A stretch of DNA of 56,751 nt, the filler included, from Gonapodya sp. JEL0774 (taxonomy: Eukaryota): assembly GCA_027604505.1 (NCBI GenBank). It is 2 parts of 2 records of this genome, joined end to end, with 100 filler letters (N's around TTAATTAATTAA, not from the genome) between each part and the next. Parts side by side here need not be neighbours in the genome. Positions count along the whole stretch, not along the records: positions 28,479 to 56,751 come from JADIIX010000211.1; 1 more part is not named here. One strand, 5' to 3'. Below, in pieces: positions 52,498-56,751 of the stretch (position 1 is the stretch's first letter; every line of letters begins with the position of its first letter). Both the position numbers and the translations under genes were made by a program. The notes beneath the pieces are model-generated. The model was not told the origin of the DNA. It saw only the letters and a list, made by a program, of their open reading frames with translations, and made no database searches.

Positions 52498-52930
52498 CGT
52501 TGATTTCCTTAACTTTGCTCAATTGAATGTGCGAACCTTTATGTACAGTTACAAATAGACGCGCAACCATGATCCACCCCGCAACTGGGCCGCGCACAAC
52601 CTTGCAGCGCCACGTCCGCGGGCTAGGCAAAACCGCTTTATCCCAAATATATTTTTTTTTTCTCGTTTCCTTTCCTCTGCGATTTGTCGATATTGTAGCT
52701 ATTTTCGTTGGGAGAGGAGGATGTACTTTTGGCTTTTCTAGTGTGAAGGGTGGTTGAAAGTGACGTGAGTTGGGAAATTGGCTCCTCAGATGTGAATCGC
52801 TCGTAACGTGGAGTATGTTGTTGGAAGAATTCGAAATGATGCGGATCCCATCTTGGAGTAGCCTTTTTATAGCACTCGAACATCTCCAAATTGATAATCG
52901 GTACGTTCTCGTACATTCGAGTTTGGAGTT

Positions 52931-53140
52931 CTCACATGGGACAACCGTCGGTGCAAACACCACGCGTCGCACACTTTTGAAATCGTCTATTTCTGGCGAG
53001 GTTGTAACCATGTCGCACGTGGTGGTTCGTTGACTTTTCACTCTCACCCCCGTAGTACGTCCCTAGTCCCCAACCGCCTCAACGCTCACATGGGACAAAC
53101 GTCGGTGCAAACACCACGCGTCGCACACTTTTGAAATCGT
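52931..53140. repeat. 56-bp direct repeat pair (52931-52986 and 53085-53140)
   Basis: CTCACATGGGACAA(C/A)CGTCGGTGCAAACACCACGCGTCGCACACTTTTGAAATCGT occurs twice with one mismatch, 98 bp apart. Confidence 0.95.
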
Positions 53141-53229
53141 TCATGCTACCAGGAACACGTCAGCCAAATTAATCATCTTATCGATGACCCGAGGAGGTTT
53201 TCTGATGGATTGATACCAACTTCATTGGA

Positions 53230-54073
53230 GAATAGATTTCTTCCAGCTCGAGAAGCCAATCCAGCGGAGAATCATCTCCACAAAGAAAGTGATTCCCACA
53301 AAGCACTCTGTTCCAAAAAGGGCAAGTTGCGAAGTCGTGTTTTTCGGTTGGTGTCATTTTCCGGGAAGCGCTGAATTCAGGTTCTTTGCGGTTACCTGTG
53401 CCCAGCGGTATTGGTCCAGGTGCGGAACACTCAATAAGCATATATCCATGATGGAGATTAGGATTACAGCAGTGAATAATATGTGGAGGCGGTACGCAGT
53501 TCTAGAGGACTCTGGATCTGTGATCAGCCTGAACCAAGTAAGTCACGATCGCTTCACATATACGCATCATTCACCCACCTTCGTACTTGTTTTCGCCACA
53601 GGGGGATATTTCCCCCGAGCTCCGATTCATCTCCTTGAAAGAGACCTTCTGCCCCGGTGAGTGGCCGCCTGATCTGTGGACCACCATCTTCCAGATGAAC
53701 GAAGCTCCCGAGCCGTGGGATCCTCCAATGCAGGGGATTCATTTGCTCCAGAACATCCATCAAAGGCCACACCCGGAGTCCGGTCCCCATGCTTCCGGGC
53801 CGTCCGAAGGCGGAACTTGCTTCATCTCTGTCCGGAGACCGACCATCGCCAGCAGCGTTCTCGTTCGGACGGTTGAGTATGCTGTTATATATCATGGGCT
53901 GTAATGTTTGTCATGATTCTGGTGTTGCTTTATCCGAAACTCAAATTATGCTTCATACTGCGCACTATAAAGTGTATGAAAGTTGGTTGTGGGCAATCCA
54001 CAGAGCACGCGTCGAGTATATGCTCGGCATACTCGACGCGTGCTCGGCATCGCAAGACATGGACTGCATTTGA
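53230..54073 (+). CDS. Hypothetical multi-exon protein or gene relic
   Basis: Overlapping plus-strand ORFs with GT-AG-like junctions; no recognised domain. Confidence 0.3.
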
Positions 54074-54212
54074 TCATAGCAGAAATGAGAAGCAAATGCC
54101 ATTTCAGTCTACTACATATTATGCTGTAATTGATAAACTTGGGCGGGCAGGCAGGCTCATCTTCAACTCAGACCCCTACCTGTGTGTCACCCAAAAACTG
54201 CCGAACAAACGA

Positions 54213-55621
54213 ATGTCTCACCTGCAAGGGGGTCCCCCGAAAGTCTTTTTCTTTCCGTCGCAAGAGAATATTTTGGAATTGATTGGGCTAGTCGATGGCG
54301 CCAGGAGTTCGGTGAGGCCAGAGTAGGCGGATGAATGAAGATGAATGAAGCTAACTCCGGCCCAGCTTGACATCTGCGTTTACACAATCTGTGAGAATCG
54401 GATCTCTCGCTCGATTGATGCTGCCCACCACCGTGGCGTTCACGTGCGGATAATTACGGATGATAAGGAGTCCACACGGTCTGGAAGCGATATTGTGCAG
54501 TTGGGGAGCGTCGGAATTCCGATTAAGAAAGATGTGATGTGAGTCTTGATAGTTGAGAAACTCGCATGGTGAGCATGATAGAAAAGGTCCTGTCTGGTGA
54601 TTGAGCTTCTTGGTTGTTCCTCTTCAGACCCACATCTGAACACCCTGGCGGCATGATGCACAACAAATTTATGGTCATAGACAATGCGATTGTTCTTACG
54701 GGGAGTTTCAACTGGACCCGGGCGTGAGTTCTCAACGAGTTGTAGATATGGTAGATTCTGGTACACCTTGTCCTCGTCTTCCTCTCATCCAGTGCCTACG
54801 AGTTCAATTACGAGAACTTCTGCATCCTCTCTAACCCACACGTCGTCGCATCTTATACTCAAGAATTCAACAGCCTTTGGGAGCAGGGGCGGGGAGCTCG
54901 ATCTCATGTGGTATCGCATGGGGACGGTACTAGGGCCGCGTTTTTCCCAAGTGAAGAAAGCAATAGAGAGTTGGGGAGCTGGCTAGAGCAGACGAAATCG
55001 TCGGTGGGTGTGTGACGTCTTTACTTTCCTCTCCCAACCATAATCAACGTGTTCCCTGTAAACATCAGCTCGATCTGTGCGTATACGACCTCACTGGTAG
55101 GTTTTCCCTCCAACTCAGTCCACCGTGTCAGCCAACTGATCCCCAACCGACCAGACTCCAAGCTCACTCGCATCCTCCTCGCACTGCGTCAGCGCAATGT
55201 TAACATACGCATCCTGACCGACGGGCAGCAAGCACGAGTACACCCTAGAGATATCCAGGAGCTGCAAAGGGAAGGTGTTCCTGTAAAAATGTACCAGGGG
55301 TGAGTGAAGATACGGAATACTGTATCGCTCGTACGATCGTTCCAGCTGAAGAAACTCCGGAATAGTGATCACCTAATGCACCACAAGTTCGCTGTGCGTG
55401 ACGAAACGGCAGCACTCACTGGTACGTATCACAGAGAGAAGCGTTTTGAGTGGTACGTTTCGTGATAATCGCTTCCTGCGTCCTCCCCACCCTCGTTAGG
55501 ATCGTACAACTGGAGCAACATTGCCCGATACGACAACCGTGAAAACATACTTTTCTTGCAGGAGTCCCAGCCCGTGGGACAGTTCAGGGATGAGTTTGAG
55601 CAGCTATGGCGAATTATGTAG
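54213..55621 (+). CDS. Tandem two-domain PLD6/Zucchini/Nuc-like phosphodiesterase
   Basis: Each half has FFPS.E, LD(I/L)CVY, RI(I/L)TD, MHxKF.V.D x6 GSxNW and N.EN: HNKFMVID..GSFNW and HHKFAVRD..GSYNW. The exon at ~54793-55003 joins the halves without a stop. Confidence 0.9.
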
Positions 55622-55839
55622 AAGGGCACATGAGAACTGCTTCCTTTTCTTATTCGATAATACCGTCAATTATTTATGTACTGCCATGCTGTGTGGTCAT
55701 GGCGAGATGACAATTGCTATTATTGAATATCTTCGAATGTCCGCTTGGTCCTTGGTGGTCGAGTTTTGAGAGATGACTATCGAAATCCAGTTCAGACACA
55801 TCTTGGTGCATTCTCAAATCGACGAAAACAGCATATACC

Positions 55840-56576
55840 TCAAAGCTTCCCCTTAAGTTCTTCCGTGACTTTCTGCATGATTGACCTCCCGCTTCCCTTC
55901 GTCTGCCACCATACAGCATACCGTGAGTCCACATGTTCCCGCACGTTGACAATCTTCCCACTCTCGTCGAAGGTGAAGAAGAGGGTCATGTCCGAGCCGT
56001 ATGGTTTTTTGTCACTCGTGATGGAGGCAGGGGTGGTCTGGATGAAGTAATAGGACGAAGTGTCAAGAGGGATATACTCAGCACTCAATGTCAGCCTGCT
56101 GTAATCGAATCCGCACACTTCGTTCAAAATATCATCATCAAGACCATAATATAATCTTTTTGAGAGCTCAGACCTCCTTGGTGTTAGTACACCGGCCACT
56201 TGACCTTTTCCAACCATACAACTCACCTCAACAACTACCAAGTTGCCATCGCCTGCTACTGAAGCAATGTTCCAGCCGAAGTGATCAAAATGCTTGACCA
56301 TGGTTTTCATGTAAGTCTCCTGAATCTTCCGTGATTTCGTTGGCTGTTTGAGCGAAGATGGCCGTATCTTTTATCAACGATGAAAGAAAAAGGAGCTGTT
56401 GATGATGCTGCGATCGCACGGTGGCACCATTCCAGTCACGGTGAATGGAACCTCACCTCCCATGTTAGATCTTCCGAAGTGCAATCGGCAAAAGCTTTCG
56501 CGACATTCTTCTCAGTAAGTAGTGAAAGAAAGCGCAACGCTACGTCCTTGTTTTGTGTTGCGAGCGCGCTAGTCAT
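55840..56576 (-). CDS. SnoaL-like / NTF2-fold protein
   Basis: MTSALATQNKDVALRFL..EDLTWE-IRPSSL, GDGNLVVVE, PYGSDMTLFFTFDESGKIVNVREHVDS. Confidence 0.78.
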
Positions 56577-56751
56577 GGAACAAGTGGCGATGGTATTAAA
56601 TGTGTGTTGTTGGGGAGAATCGGCAAATTTCTAACCGAGAATGGAGGAATAGGACAGGGCTGTGGGACATACAATAGTGGGTTTCAAAGTTGACTGAAAT
56701 CGAATTATAATACGCACATTCTCGGCGACTTAAAACCGTCTCCCAGCACAT

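Noticed and set aside
1..56751. Selenoprotein UGA read-through, tRNA/rRNA genes, TPP riboswitch
   Set aside because: The in-frame stops I examined are explained by introns or decay, and I saw no convincing RNA-gene motifs by eye. tRNAscan-SE, Infernal and SECISearch were not run.

Overview
Eukaryotic, intron-rich (short GT-AG introns), gene-dense DNA. It is most consistent with a zoosporic early-diverging fungus: a flagellar ODA docking-complex gene sits alongside fungal-type GWT1, Sfh1 and GH15 genes. About 20 genes can be read after manual splicing: alpha/beta hydrolase, 7TM receptor-like protein, cysteine dioxygenase, FRE/NOX-family flavocytochrome, double-reeler membrane protein, two tandem cyclase-family genes, EF-hand protein, Sfh1/SNF5, ERMARD-like HEPN protein, a toxin-like 'ALxKH...GFLEP' protein, GWT1, PX protein, SMYD-type SET protein, beta-lactamase-family esterase, ODAD1/CCDC114, GH15, SGNH-like protein, ABCG transporter, a two-domain Zucchini/PLD6-like protein and a SnoaL-like protein. 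There are also assembly gaps, a decayed local duplication and small repeats. The most interesting observations: (1) a single-chain tandem Zucchini/Nuc-type PLD with both HKD motifs intact and intron positions shared between halves; (2) a ferric reductase/NOX with YPFT instead of HPFT, head-to-head (~150 bp) with a double-reeler membrane protein; (3) adjacent putative RNases (double-HEPN ERMARD and a polymorphic-toxin-like domain); (4) a ~65-bp tandem repeat with a covarying hairpin. All exon boundaries and family calls are by eye, without database searches, so coordinates are approximate.
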